Of a stretch of 64,000 nucleotides of DNA, positions 52,868 to 64,000 are shown piece by piece. Each line of letters begins with the position of its first letter. Positions within the stretch are counted from its first letter, which is position 1. The notes under the pieces were generated by a model, which worked only from the letters and a program-made list of their open reading frames with translations, did not search any database and was not told the origin of the DNA. The stretch spans positions 97,676 through 161,675 of the forward strand of contig JALHMH010000006.1 in the NCBI GenBank assembly GCA_022844165.1. Reading direction: 5' to 3'. Source of the stretch: Lysobacterales bacterium. Its GTDB lineage: Bacteria > Pseudomonadota > Gammaproteobacteria > Xanthomonadales > SZUA-5. A program made the translations under genes and the position numbers.

Positions 52868-53533
52868 TCAGTCGATCGTGGCTCGATAGTCCGCCGCACC
52901 CACCAATGTTGCGACGACGTGATCGCCGCGAAGCAGCGGGCCAACGCCTGCCGGTGTGCCGGTAAAAATCAGATCACCGGGCATCAGCGTATAGAGTTCC
53001 GATAGCAGCGCGATGATTTCTGCACTACTCCACAACATCGCAGCAATTGACTCGGACTGTCTGATCACGTCATTGACGCTCAACGTCAGACGCGCGTCGG
53101 GCGAAGGCAAGCCCAGTGTCAAGGCACCGATGGGTGCACAATCGTCGAAGGACTTCCCGGTGTCCCAAGGGTTGCCCTTGGCCTTCGCTGCCGTTTGCAA
53201 ATCGCGTCGCGTCAGGTCCAAACCCACCGCGAAACCTGCGATCAACGCCGGTGCCTCTGCGAGCGGCACATTGGCGCCGGATCGACCCAGGGCAAGGACC
53301 ATCTCGACTTCGTGGTGCAGGTTGTTGGTCCCCGGCGGATAACGAACCCGATCGCCGGTCACGATGGCGTCGGCGGGCTTTAGAAAAAAGATCGGGCTGC
53401 CTTTGTCCGGCACCGCGCCCATTTCTTTGGCGTGGTCTGCGTAGTTGCGTCCAATGCAGTACATCCGACGAACCGGGAATCGTTCGGTTCGTCCGTCAAT
53501 CGCAAGCGTCGGCGGCGATGGTATCGGAAACAT
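52868..53533 (-). CDS. Fumarylacetoacetate hydrolase family protein
   Basis: CIGRNYADHAKEM, LHHEVEM, GLDLTRRDLQ, GDLIFTGTPAGVG. Start approximate. Confidence 0.9.
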   Translation of the reverse strand: MFPIPSPPTLAIDGRTERFPVRRMYCIGRNYADHAKEMGAVPDKGSPIFFLKPADAIVTGDRVRYPPGTNNLHHEVEMVLALGRSGANVPLAEAPALIAGFAVGLDLTRRDLQTAAKAKGNPWDTGKSFDDCAPIGALTLGLPSPDARLTLSVNDVIRQSESIAAMLWSSAEIIALLSELYTLMPGDLIFTGTPAGVGPLLRGDHVVATLVGAADYRATID

Positions 53534-53634
53534 GTCGGCGTGCTCGAATATGCGTAAAAGAATTCCGCCGAGCGGCGGCAATCAAATCCCTGACGCAGAG
53601 AATAAAGCGAAACAACGATCAGGTTACGCGCAGC

Positions 53635-54528
53635 TCACGACGCAATGCGGTTGCGACCGTTGTCCTTGGCGATGCGCACTTTCAGCTCGGCGCGCTCCAG
53701 GGTTGCCGCAGCGGTCTTCAGCTCGGCGGTCCAGCCCAGCAGGCCGATGCTGACACTGGCGCTGCGGCTTTGTCCTTGGATGAAGAACTCGACATTTGCG
53801 ATGGCCGAGCGCACCGCGTTCAACAGCGTCTCCGCCTCGGCGACAGAGGTCTCCGGCAACATGGCGCCAAACTCCGCGCCGCCATAGCGGCAGACGACAT
53901 CCTCATCGCGCAGGCCGGCGCGCAGGGCCTTGGCGACCTGCCGGATCACATCGTCGCCAGCCGCCTTGCCCCATTCGCGGTTGATCCGGCTCAGCTCATC
54001 GATATCAATGATCGCCACAACAAATTCTCGACCCCGTTTGCCGCTTCGGGCAATTTCCTGGTCCAGCGATTGTTCGAAGGAGCGCCGCTGCACAAAGCCG
54101 GTCATTGGATCGTTGGTGACCAGATCGTAGAACTCGCTTTGCGCGGCGTGGTCGAGATCCTTCTCCTGCGTGAACTGCACCACGGTGCCGCCGACGGTGA
54201 TGAAATCGCCGTCCTTCAGCCGTGCCTCCACGATCGGGCGATCATTCAAGTATGTCTTGTTGGTGCTGTTGAGATCGCGCACCCAGAAGCCGGAGTTGTC
54301 GCGCCAGACACGGCAGTGCAAACGCGAAATAGCGCGATTCAACAGACGAAAATCGCAGTCCGCCGAGCGCCCGAGCGTGACCGGGACATCCGCGAGTTTC
54401 AAGCGTCGCCCCTGCGACTCGCCTTGCGTGACCGTCAGGTACGCCGACTGTTTGGTCGCGATGGCCTCCGCCAATCTGGCGAGGCTGCCCCGTTGCGTCG
54501 TCAGCGTATCGGATTCGCGTTCCGCCAT
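53635..54528 (-). CDS. FHA-GGDEF protein with degenerate active site (GGAEF)
   Basis: FHA motifs LGRS..ISRLH..DLNSTN. GGDEF domain IIDIDE..GDDVI..RDEDVVCRYGGAEF. Confidence 0.87.
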   Translation of the reverse strand: MAERESDTLTTQRGSLARLAEAIATKQSAYLTVTQGESQGRRLKLADVPVTLGRSADCDFRLLNRAISRLHCRVWRDNSGFWVRDLNSTNKTYLNDRPIVEARLKDGDFITVGGTVVQFTQEKDLDHAAQSEFYDLVTNDPMTGFVQRRSFEQSLDQEIARSGKRGREFVVAIIDIDELSRINREWGKAAGDDVIRQVAKALRAGLRDEDVVCRYGGAEFGAMLPETSVAEAETLLNAVRSAIANVEFFIQGQSRSASVSIGLLGWTAELKTAAATLERAELKVRIAKDNGRNRIAS

Positions 54529-54771
54529 GATCCTGGCCGTCATCACACCCACCCGCATTGTAGTCCGATTCGAGATTCGCGCCGCAAGCAGCTGAGCCGC
54601 TTGCGCACGGGCCATTTTGGGGCAAACGGGATTCAGCGAGCCCAGGGGCCATTGGCGCATTGTGATGCCGATCGCGCCTGCGAACACCGGAGATCGACGG
54701 GCTCATGGGGTGCGGGTGGCCGGCGGCCGCAAGATTTCTGGTTTTCCCGTGACTTGCCGTTGTGGCTCGTC

Positions 54772-56331
54772 TCACTTCTCGCTTTGCCCGACCAGATGCC
54801 TTGGCCGCACACCACAGAGCGCCACGGTCGCGAGAAATGCGGCGCTGCCGGCGCCGATGAGCAGCGTTAATAACAACGCCCTCGTCATCGCATCCTCGCG
54901 GCCGAAAGACGGCAGCTGTTCGGCCAGGTAGTACAGGGCTATCAGCATCGCAATTCCGCCGGCGACGAGCGCGGCGATCCATCGTCTCCAGCCCTTTCCC
55001 GGCGCGTAGCAGCCGCTCCGGATCAGCCAGTAGTACAACAGTCCGGCGTTGAGATATCCGGCCAGCGCACTCGATAGCGCCAGGCCCGCATGCGGGCCGT
55101 CGTGGCCGCTACGGATCCAGGCGTAAACGATGACCGCATTGAGCAGCATATTCGACACCATACTGGCGATGCCGGCTTTGACCGGCGTCCTGGTGTCCTG
55201 CCGCGCATAAAACGCCGGCGCCAGCACTTTGACGGCGATGAATGCCGGCAAGCCCAGTGCCAGCATCGACAGACTCAGCGCGCTCATCGCAACGTCGCGC
55301 TCACTGAAGCGGCCATAGCCAAACAATGTCCAGAACATCGGCGCGGCCAGCGCAATGAGCAGCAACATCGCCGGTATCGAAATGAACAGTCCGACACGCA
55401 AGCCCCAATCGACGGAATGGGAAAACGCCTGCGGATCGTTTTCGGCGTGTTTCGATGACAGATGCGGGAGGATGACCGTGCCCAACGCAACACCAAAAAT
55501 GCCGAGCGGGAACTCGAGCAGCCGATCGGTGTAGTACAACCAGGTCACACTGCCGCTGATCAACATGGATGCGATCAGGGTATCGATCAGAAGGTTGATT
55601 TGCGCCACCGAACTTCCGAACAGAGTGGGGATCATCAACGTCAGCACCCGACGCACACCCGAATCGCGCCAACCCCAGCGCGGCCGTGGCAGCAGTTTGA
55701 GTTTGATCAGCCCTGGTACCTGCAGTAGCAGCTGCAGCACGCCGCCGATGATGACGCCCCAGGCGAGCGCGGTGATCGGTTCGGCGAAGTACGGCGCGCC
55801 GTATAGCGCAGCGCCGATCATCGCCAGATTGAGTAATACCGGTGAAATCGAGGGCAGCAAAAACTGCCGATAGCTGTTCAAAATGCCGCCCGCGAATCCC
55901 GCTAACGAGATCAGCAGGATGTAGGGAAACGTGATTCGCAGCAGATCGGCAGTCAATGAGAACTTTGCCGGATCGTCGACGAATCCCGGTGCGAACAGCG
56001 CCACCAGTGCCGGCGAGGCGAGGCATCCCAGGCCGGCAACCACAAGCAGGATGCCGGCCAACGTACCGCCCACATGTGCAACAAAATCGCGTAGTGCAAC
56101 GGCGTCGTTCTTGGCCTTGATCTCGGCGAGAACCGGGACGAAGGCCAGCGAGAACGACCCTTCTGCAAACAGGCGGCGCAGAAAATTGGGAATGCGAAAG
56201 GCGACAAAAAATGCGTCAGTGGCCGCGCTGACGCCGAACATCCGCGCAAACACCAGATCGCGCACGAGGCCCAGGATGCGCGAGATCAAGGTCATCGCAC
56301 TGACCAACGCGGTCGATTTGAACAGCCTCAT
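54772..56331 (-). CDS. murJ: Lipid II flippase MurJ
   Basis: TLISRILGLVRD, AFRIPNFLRRLFAEG, DRLLEFPLG, FYARQDTRTPV. Confidence 0.96.
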   Translation of the reverse strand: MRLFKSTALVSAMTLISRILGLVRDLVFARMFGVSAATDAFFVAFRIPNFLRRLFAEGSFSLAFVPVLAEIKAKNDAVALRDFVAHVGGTLAGILLVVAGLGCLASPALVALFAPGFVDDPAKFSLTADLLRITFPYILLISLAGFAGGILNSYRQFLLPSISPVLLNLAMIGAALYGAPYFAEPITALAWGVIIGGVLQLLLQVPGLIKLKLLPRPRWGWRDSGVRRVLTLMIPTLFGSSVAQINLLIDTLIASMLISGSVTWLYYTDRLLEFPLGIFGVALGTVILPHLSSKHAENDPQAFSHSVDWGLRVGLFISIPAMLLLIALAAPMFWTLFGYGRFSERDVAMSALSLSMLALGLPAFIAVKVLAPAFYARQDTRTPVKAGIASMVSNMLLNAVIVYAWIRSGHDGPHAGLALSSALAGYLNAGLLYYWLIRSGCYAPGKGWRRWIAALVAGGIAMLIALYYLAEQLPSFGREDAMTRALLLTLLIGAGSAAFLATVALCGVRPRHLVGQSEK

Positions 56332-56565
56332 GGAGTTCCCAGAGATGTTGGCGGGGCGACATTTTTCTACGGTGCGGGGCGAAGCTGAGCATAGACGCAC
56401 GCACGATTGGCAAGCAGCATGGCGATGCGCTTTGGCCCCTGACAGGCCTTATTGTGGCGTTTGCGGGGCAGACGGGATTTCGAATCACTCATGCTGGCCA
56501 TACGAACGACGAGCCATTCAGGGCAAGTATGATCAAAGCCATGCAGTTGAACCAACCTGAGCCTC

Positions 56566-56803
56566 ACTGGTGTGGTGTTCCGTAATGACCTTGAACGATT
56601 TCCGCGTCTTTCGACCCCATGCAGCGTTGCTTCTCGTCGCCATAGAAGAGCTATGTCGTCCGGCCCGGCGGCGCAGCCGCCGGTCGTTCAAGTCGGCTCG
56701 CGGCTGCCGCGAAAGCCACCGACTTTCACCCTCGTCGCGCCTTGCCTGACGCCGAAATCCATCGGAAATATTGTTCAACTTAATGACGGAACACCACACT
56801 AGT
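56566..56803. mobile_element. MITE-like element with ~39-bp imperfect terminal inverted repeats ending in CTGG/CTAG
   Basis: ACTGGTGTGGTGTTCCGTAATGACCTTGAACGATTTCCG versus the reverse complement ACTAGTGTGGTGTTCCGTCATTAAGTTGAACAATATTTCCG. No convincing internal gene. Confidence 0.7.
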
Positions 56804-56892
56804 CGGGGCGATCGCCTGCTGCGGATCTGTAGATCAACCGTCGTCTCTCCAGACTATGCTTGCCGGGTCTCAGGTCGCTTTTGGAGGCTGGC

Positions 56893-57420
56893 ATGCCACG
56901 CTACGTTGCCTTGCTCCGCGCCATCAATGTGGGTGGTCGCACGGTCAAGATGGATGTTCTGAAGGCGCAGTTTACCGAGCTTCAGTACCACAACATCGAA
57001 ACGTGGCTGGCGAGCGGCAATGTGCTGTTCGACTCCAACGCCAAGGGCGTGGCGCTGCTGCGCACGCGCATCGAGACGGCGTTGCACAAAGCGCTGGGTT
57101 TTGACGTCGAGACCTTCTTGCGCAATGGTGAGGAGATGCGTGCGGTCTCGGCCAAACTCGGCGAACTGTCGATGCGGCCCAGCGTGACTGCGTTGAACGT
57201 GGGATTTCTGCATGCGCCGGTGGCCGATCTGGAGCACCACTTGAGCGCGTACCGCTCCGATATCGACAACTTTGTCGTCGAAGGCCGCGAACTCTATTGG
57301 TTGTGCGCGGTTAAACAGAGCCAGTCGGAGTTCGAACCGGGCAAACTGGAGAAGAAACTCAAGCTGCAAATGACGTTCCGAGGTGCCAACACGGTACGGC
57401 AGTTGGCGGAGCGAATGTAG
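56893..57420 (+). CDS. DUF1697-family protein
   Basis: [21 protein letters not shown]. Confidence 0.85.
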   Translation: MPRYVALLRAINVGGRTVKMDVLKAQFTELQYHNIETWLASGNVLFDSNAKGVALLRTRIETALHKALGFDVETFLRNGEEMRAVSAKLGELSMRPSVTALNVGFLHAPVADLEHHLSAYRSDIDNFVVEGRELYWLCAVKQSQSEFEPGKLEKKLKLQMTFRGANTVRQLAERM

Positions 57421-57491
57421 TTTGCTTCTGTCGGGTGGCGCAATGCAAAAAGGCTGTTAGCCTTCCCGACCATTTTCTGCCGGAGCTTGCC

Positions 57492-58889
57492 ATGTCCATC
57501 GTTCGCACGCGCTTCGCGCCAAGTCCCACCGGCTATCTGCATGTCGGCGGTGCGCGTACCGCGCTGTTTTGCTTTCTGGAGGCCCGGCGCCACGGCGGGC
57601 AGTTCATTTTGCGCGTCGAAGACACAGATCGGGAGCGTTCCACCGAGGCGGCGGTCCAGGCCATTCTGGATGGCATGGCGTGGCTCGGCTTGAACCATGA
57701 CGAGGGCCCGTTTTACCAGACCCAGCGCTTCGATCGTTACCGCCAGGTGGCCGAGGAACTGGTCGCCGCCGGTTTGGCCTATCGCTGTTATTGCAGCAAG
57801 GACGAGCTCGAAGCGATGCGCGCCGATCAGGAAGCGCGCGGATTGAAACCGCGGTACAACGGTTTTTGGCGCGACCGCAAAGATCCGCCGCCGCCCGGAG
57901 TTCAGCCGGTGATCCGCTTCAAGAACCCGGCCGCCGGTGAGGTCGTGGTCGACGACCGCGTGCGCGGGCGAGTGGTGTTCGATAATGCCGAACTCGATGA
58001 TCTGGTGATCTGGCGTTCGGACGATTCGCCGACCTACAACTTCGGCGTGGTCGTCGACGATGCGGACATGCGCATCACCGATGTGATCCGCGGCGACGAT
58101 CATCTGAACAACACGCCGCGGCAAATCAACATCTACCGCGCGCTTGGCCACACGCCACCGCGCTTTGCGCACCTGCCGATGATCCTCGGCCCGGACGGCG
58201 CCAAACTCAGCAAGCGCCATGGCGCGGTGAGTGTGCTGGCCTATCGCGACGACGGCTTTTTGCCGCACGCTTTGCTCAATTATCTCGTGCGCCTGGGTTG
58301 GTCGCATGGCGATCAGGAGATCTTCTCGATGGCGGAAATGACGTCGCTGTTTTCCGCCGCCGACGTCAATCATTCCGCCTCGCGGTTCGATGTGGAAAAA
58401 CTACGCTGGCTCAATCAGCATTATTTGAAGACGCTCGACCCCGGTGCGATCGCGCCAGAGTTGACCTGGCACCTGCAGCAGCTAGGCATCGATCCGACCT
58501 CCGGCCCCGCGGTGGAAGATCTGATCGTCGCGCTGCGTGAGCGAGTGCACACGCTGAAGGAACTCGCCGAGCGCGCTCGCGTGTGGTTTGAGCCGTTGAC
58601 GACCTACGACGATGCGGCGGTCGCCAAACATTTGACGCCGGCCGCCGCAACACCGTTAACCGCCGCACGCTCTGCGCTGAATGCGGCCGAATGGACCGTC
58701 GCCGGCGTTCATCGTGCGCTCGAATCCGCTGCCGCAGAACTCGGTGTGGGATTAGGCAAAGTCGCGCAACCGCTACGTGTGGCGATGACCGGCACGCAGG
58801 TCAGCCCGTCGATCGATTACACCGTATACTTGGCCGGCAAATCCGCAGCACTGGCGCGCATCGATGCAGCGCTGGGCAAGTGCGGATAG
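57492..58889 (+). CDS. gltX: Glutamate--tRNA ligase
   Basis: [43 protein letters not shown]. Confidence 0.97.
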   Translation: MSIVRTRFAPSPTGYLHVGGARTALFCFLEARRHGGQFILRVEDTDRERSTEAAVQAILDGMAWLGLNHDEGPFYQTQRFDRYRQVAEELVAAGLAYRCYCSKDELEAMRADQEARGLKPRYNGFWRDRKDPPPPGVQPVIRFKNPAAGEVVVDDRVRGRVVFDNAELDDLVIWRSDDSPTYNFGVVVDDADMRITDVIRGDDHLNNTPRQINIYRALGHTPPRFAHLPMILGPDGAKLSKRHGAVSVLAYRDDGFLPHALLNYLVRLGWSHGDQEIFSMAEMTSLFSAADVNHSASRFDVEKLRWLNQHYLKTLDPGAIAPELTWHLQQLGIDPTSGPAVEDLIVALRERVHTLKELAERARVWFEPLTTYDDAAVAKHLTPAAATPLTAARSALNAAEWTVAGVHRALESAAAELGVGLGKVAQPLRVAMTGTQVSPSIDYTVYLAGKSAALARIDAALGKCG

Positions 58890-58977
58890 CGCTTCATCGA
58901 GCGCGCGGACCCGTGGTCCGCGTGGCGTGATTTGCGAATCGTTGGGCGCGGACTGGAAGTTCCGCTCACCCCATCCG

Positions 58978-60477
58978 CTAAGCTGCCTGTGCTGCCGGTT
59001 GCGACAGTCGTGGGCCATCGACCAGCGCACGACGCACGTGGTCGATGACCAGATCGACCTCATCTGAGGTGATGGCAAAGTGTGGCGTAAATCGCAGCGA
59101 ATTCGCGCCGCCATGGATCACACCGATGCCGTGCTCGCGCATGTACTCCTCGGTGCTGCCCGTCCCGTAGCACTTGAACTCGGTCGACAACTCGCACGAA
59201 AACAGCAGCCCCGTGCCTTGCACGCTGGTGATCAATCCGGGCAACTCGCGCGCCAGGGATTCGAGCTTACGCAGGAACTCCTGGCCACGCTCGCGAATGT
59301 TCTGGCGCAAGTTGTGCGTGAGACCCGCCAGCACCGTGCTGGCAACATCCATCGCCCGCGGATTGGTGGTCATCGTGTTGCCGTAGATGCCCTTGCGGTA
59401 CAGCCCTGCAGCACGCTCGTTGGCGGCCAGCACGGCCAGCGGATACTGGCCTGCGTTGAGCGCTTTGGAATAGGTCTCGAGATCCGGCGCTTCGAGTGTC
59501 TCGAAGCCCGGATAGTCGACGATTGACAACACACCATGCGCGCGCAACCCGGACTGGATCGAATCGGCGAGCAACAAAGAGTGGTGCTTTTTGGTCAACT
59601 CACGCGCAGCGGCATAAAACTCCGGCGTCAACGCACGCCCAGGATTGCCCTCGCCCATGACCGGTTCGATGAACATCGCTTCGATGTGGAAACCGTTGCT
59701 TTCGGCATCGGCGAAGGTCTGGCGCAGATGCGCAACATCGTAGGGCTCGACGATCAGCGTGTGCTGATGGTGCGCAAAACTCGCGAGGTGTTCGTTGTAT
59801 GCCTTTTTCGACGAATCCGAGTACAGCGCCGGCAGCTCGGTGCGGCCATGGAACGCCCCACGCACGGCGATGCGCCGCACTTTGCGGCCGGCATGCGGCG
59901 CGCCCGGCGCGGTCATCAGTTTGGTGTTGACGTCCGCCAGACGTCCTGCCAGCGTGACCGTCTCCGAACCTGAGTTCAGACACAGAAATTTGGCGAATGG
60001 ACAGCCACCGCGCGTATGCCCGATCTCGCGGCGCAGCGCACGCTCCAGGCGCAACTGGCTCAACGAAGCGGTCATGATGTTGGCCATCACCTGCGGGCGC
60101 GCCATCGCGTCGATCACCGCCTGCGGGCCGTGACCGGCGCCGAGCATGCCGTAGCCGCCGTTGTCGTGGATCACCGCGCCTTTGAGCGAGATCACCCAAG
60201 GGCCGCGTGCGGCAATCGCCACGTACGGATTGACCGTGTCATCCGAGTAAAAATTGACGAATCCGCCCTGCGCCAGCCGCAGCTGCTCGTTTTCGGGCAG
60301 GTCCAGCAATTCGGGAAATTCGATGCGCGCCTGTTCGTAGGCAGTGTAGGCTTCGCCGATGGCCTGGCCGAGCGCCGGATCGGTTTTCAGGAAGCGTTCG
60401 ATGACCGCGTCCGGCAGTCCGATGGTGCGTCGTGCGCCATGGCTGCGGAGTGCGTTGAGTTGATTGAGTGCGGTCAT
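58978..60477 (-). CDS. Class III aminotransferase, likely L-lysine 6-aminotransferase (Lat type)
   Basis: GFVNFY..ARGPWVISLKGAV, AFHGRT, EPVMGEG, DSIQSG, PLP Lys in TYSKALNAG. Resembles xanthomonad-type Lat as I recall it. Confidence 0.78.
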   Translation of the reverse strand: MTALNQLNALRSHGARRTIGLPDAVIERFLKTDPALGQAIGEAYTAYEQARIEFPELLDLPENEQLRLAQGGFVNFYSDDTVNPYVAIAARGPWVISLKGAVIHDNGGYGMLGAGHGPQAVIDAMARPQVMANIMTASLSQLRLERALRREIGHTRGGCPFAKFLCLNSGSETVTLAGRLADVNTKLMTAPGAPHAGRKVRRIAVRGAFHGRTELPALYSDSSKKAYNEHLASFAHHQHTLIVEPYDVAHLRQTFADAESNGFHIEAMFIEPVMGEGNPGRALTPEFYAAARELTKKHHSLLLADSIQSGLRAHGVLSIVDYPGFETLEAPDLETYSKALNAGQYPLAVLAANERAAGLYRKGIYGNTMTTNPRAMDVASTVLAGLTHNLRQNIRERGQEFLRKLESLARELPGLITSVQGTGLLFSCELSTEFKCYGTGSTEEYMREHGIGVIHGGANSLRFTPHFAITSDEVDLVIDHVRRALVDGPRLSQPAAQAA

Positions 60478-60635
60478 GTGGGGCCTCCTGCTTCACCGGG
60501 TGTCGCGCAGGTTACGCGACGCTGTTGTCCAGGCTGTTGAAGACCAATCATTCGATGCCGCGAGCGGAGCTCAAAGCAACGCAATGGCTGCCAGAGACCA
60601 CGCATGGCGTCGCACCGAAGCGCGGCCTGCAAAGC

Positions 60636-60648
60636 TAAGTACTTGATA
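60636..60648 (-). promoter_or_regulatory. Putative IHF-binding site
   Basis: TATCAAGTACTTA on the minus strand matches the consensus WATCAANNNNTTR. Lies in the divergent aminotransferase/queA intergenic region. Confidence 0.45.
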
Positions 60649-60719
60649 TTTCAAGGTCGCGAATGTTATCACGCGCGGCTTTTTGCCGTAACCCCCGAAA
60701 CCAAACTTATTCATTTTCT

Positions 60720-62856
<2,137 letters not shown>

Positions 62857-62936
62857 GGTCAGTTCGCGCTTTTCAGTCGCCCAACCGCGCTCAGCAATTT
62901 GCCAGCATCGCTGCGCGCGGAATACAACTTCAAGCC

Positions 62937-63371
62937 TCAACGCCCGGCCAGCAGGTTTCGCAAAGACAGCCCTGGCAATGCCGCGAACCCCCGATCAAGC
63001 GTTACCCATTCGCAGCCGTGCTCAATGGCCAACGCTGCACGGAAGGCGTCAGGGATACGATTGCCGGCGGCGTGCGTGCGCTCGCACAACTGCATAAAGA
63101 CGCGCCACTGACCGGTTCCGGCGCGTAGCGCCATGACGCGCGGATGCGCCAGCAGCGAATACACATATGCCGTCGCGGCGGGCAACGGTGTCGGCGGTGC
63201 GAACACCTTCGGGTGCGTCAATACCCTGAGCACACCGCTCAAAACCAGCTCTGAGATCGCAAGCATATCGCCGCCAGCCAACGCATCATCCAGCCAGCCC
63301 CGGCACAGTGCGTGATGTGGGGCATCGGTGCGAAAGGCACTGACGAGGACGTTAACGTCCGGGCATTGCAT
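62937..63371 (-). CDS. vapC: VapC-family PIN-domain toxin
   Basis: PDVNVLV..HH, SELV, IPDA..AALAIEHG..TLDRGF. Confidence 0.9.
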   Translation of the reverse strand: MQCPDVNVLVSAFRTDAPHHALCRGWLDDALAGGDMLAISELVLSGVLRVLTHPKVFAPPTPLPAATAYVYSLLAHPRVMALRAGTGQWRVFMQLCERTHAAGNRIPDAFRAALAIEHGCEWVTLDRGFAALPGLSLRNLLAGR

Positions 63372-63597
63372 CCATGATCTCAGTCAATGCCACGCTATCG
63401 GTCAGATCCACGCCAGGTTGCAGGCCAGCTCCAGAATACGTCGGCAGAACAACCTGCGCGCGCCGCCCGGCCCCACGCGAATGCAGGCGCTCGCGCAACG
63501 CTTCTTCCACGAACGCCTTGAGGCTCAGCCCGCGCAGCGCGGCGTGGCTCTTTGCCTCTGCGAGCAGATGATCATTGATGTCCAGAGTTGTACGCAT
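63352..63597 (-). CDS. vapB: VapB-type (RHH) antitoxin, 81 aa
   Basis: MRTTLDINDHLLAEAK..SLKAFVEEALR..GLQPGVDL. Overlaps the vapC start. Confidence 0.85.
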   Translation of the reverse strand: MRTTLDINDHLLAEAKSHAALRGLSLKAFVEEALRERLHSRGAGRRAQVVLPTYSGAGLQPGVDLTDSVALTEIMDAMPGR

Positions 63598-63611
63598 GCA
63601 GCAAAGCATAA

Positions 63612-63914
<303 letters not shown>

Positions 63915-64000
63915 TGACTCTCGCCTTCGCCAATTCTGTCCTCAACGCGGCACTGAGGACAGTTGGATGCGAGCAGAACGGTTGGGTGCGAGCGCGTGGT

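Noticed and set aside
53116-54870. Long antisense ORFs (e.g. 584 aa here; also 11021-12385, 36662-38098, 42447-43880)
   Set aside because: Shadow frames of well-supported genes in GC-rich DNA, with no motifs.
60530-60710. CAGGCTGTTGAA, resembling the left end of the 32051 element
   Set aside because: No matching right end found. Only the IHF-like site is retained as a feature.

Overview
A GC-rich gammaproteobacterial chromosomal segment. Gene content and the C-terminal DxLFANGFE tail suggest Lysobacterales/Rhodanobacteraceae (inference). It is mostly housekeeping genes: icd, gshA, iscA, asnS, glnS, asd, fimV, secA, Nudix-ThiE, class I FBP aldolase, hppA, murJ, gltX, lat-like, queA and tgt. 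These are interspersed with transporters, large secreted proteins, two multiheme cytochromes, a TetR-controlled RPH-like phosphotransferase and an ECF sigma/anti-sigma/twin-PDZ operon. I saw no rRNA, tRNA, CRISPR array, integrase or transposase. Two patterns stand out. (1) Defence/TA-type cargo is docked directly at the 3' ends of core genes: icd to an ABC/AAA ATPase, fba to a decayed ATPase, and tgt to vapBC plus a 186-bp near-identical copy of the tgt interior. The icd and tgt ends share an A/C-rich to G/T-rich synonymous switch, suggesting integrase-free cassette exchange. (2) There is a dense set of non-coding structured elements, including a ~183-bp CTAG-bounded unit without terminal inverted repeats (4 copies in 11 kb, modular, with another element docked at its end) and several MITE-like inverted-repeat elements. 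All product calls come from motif recognition by eye; no database searches were run.
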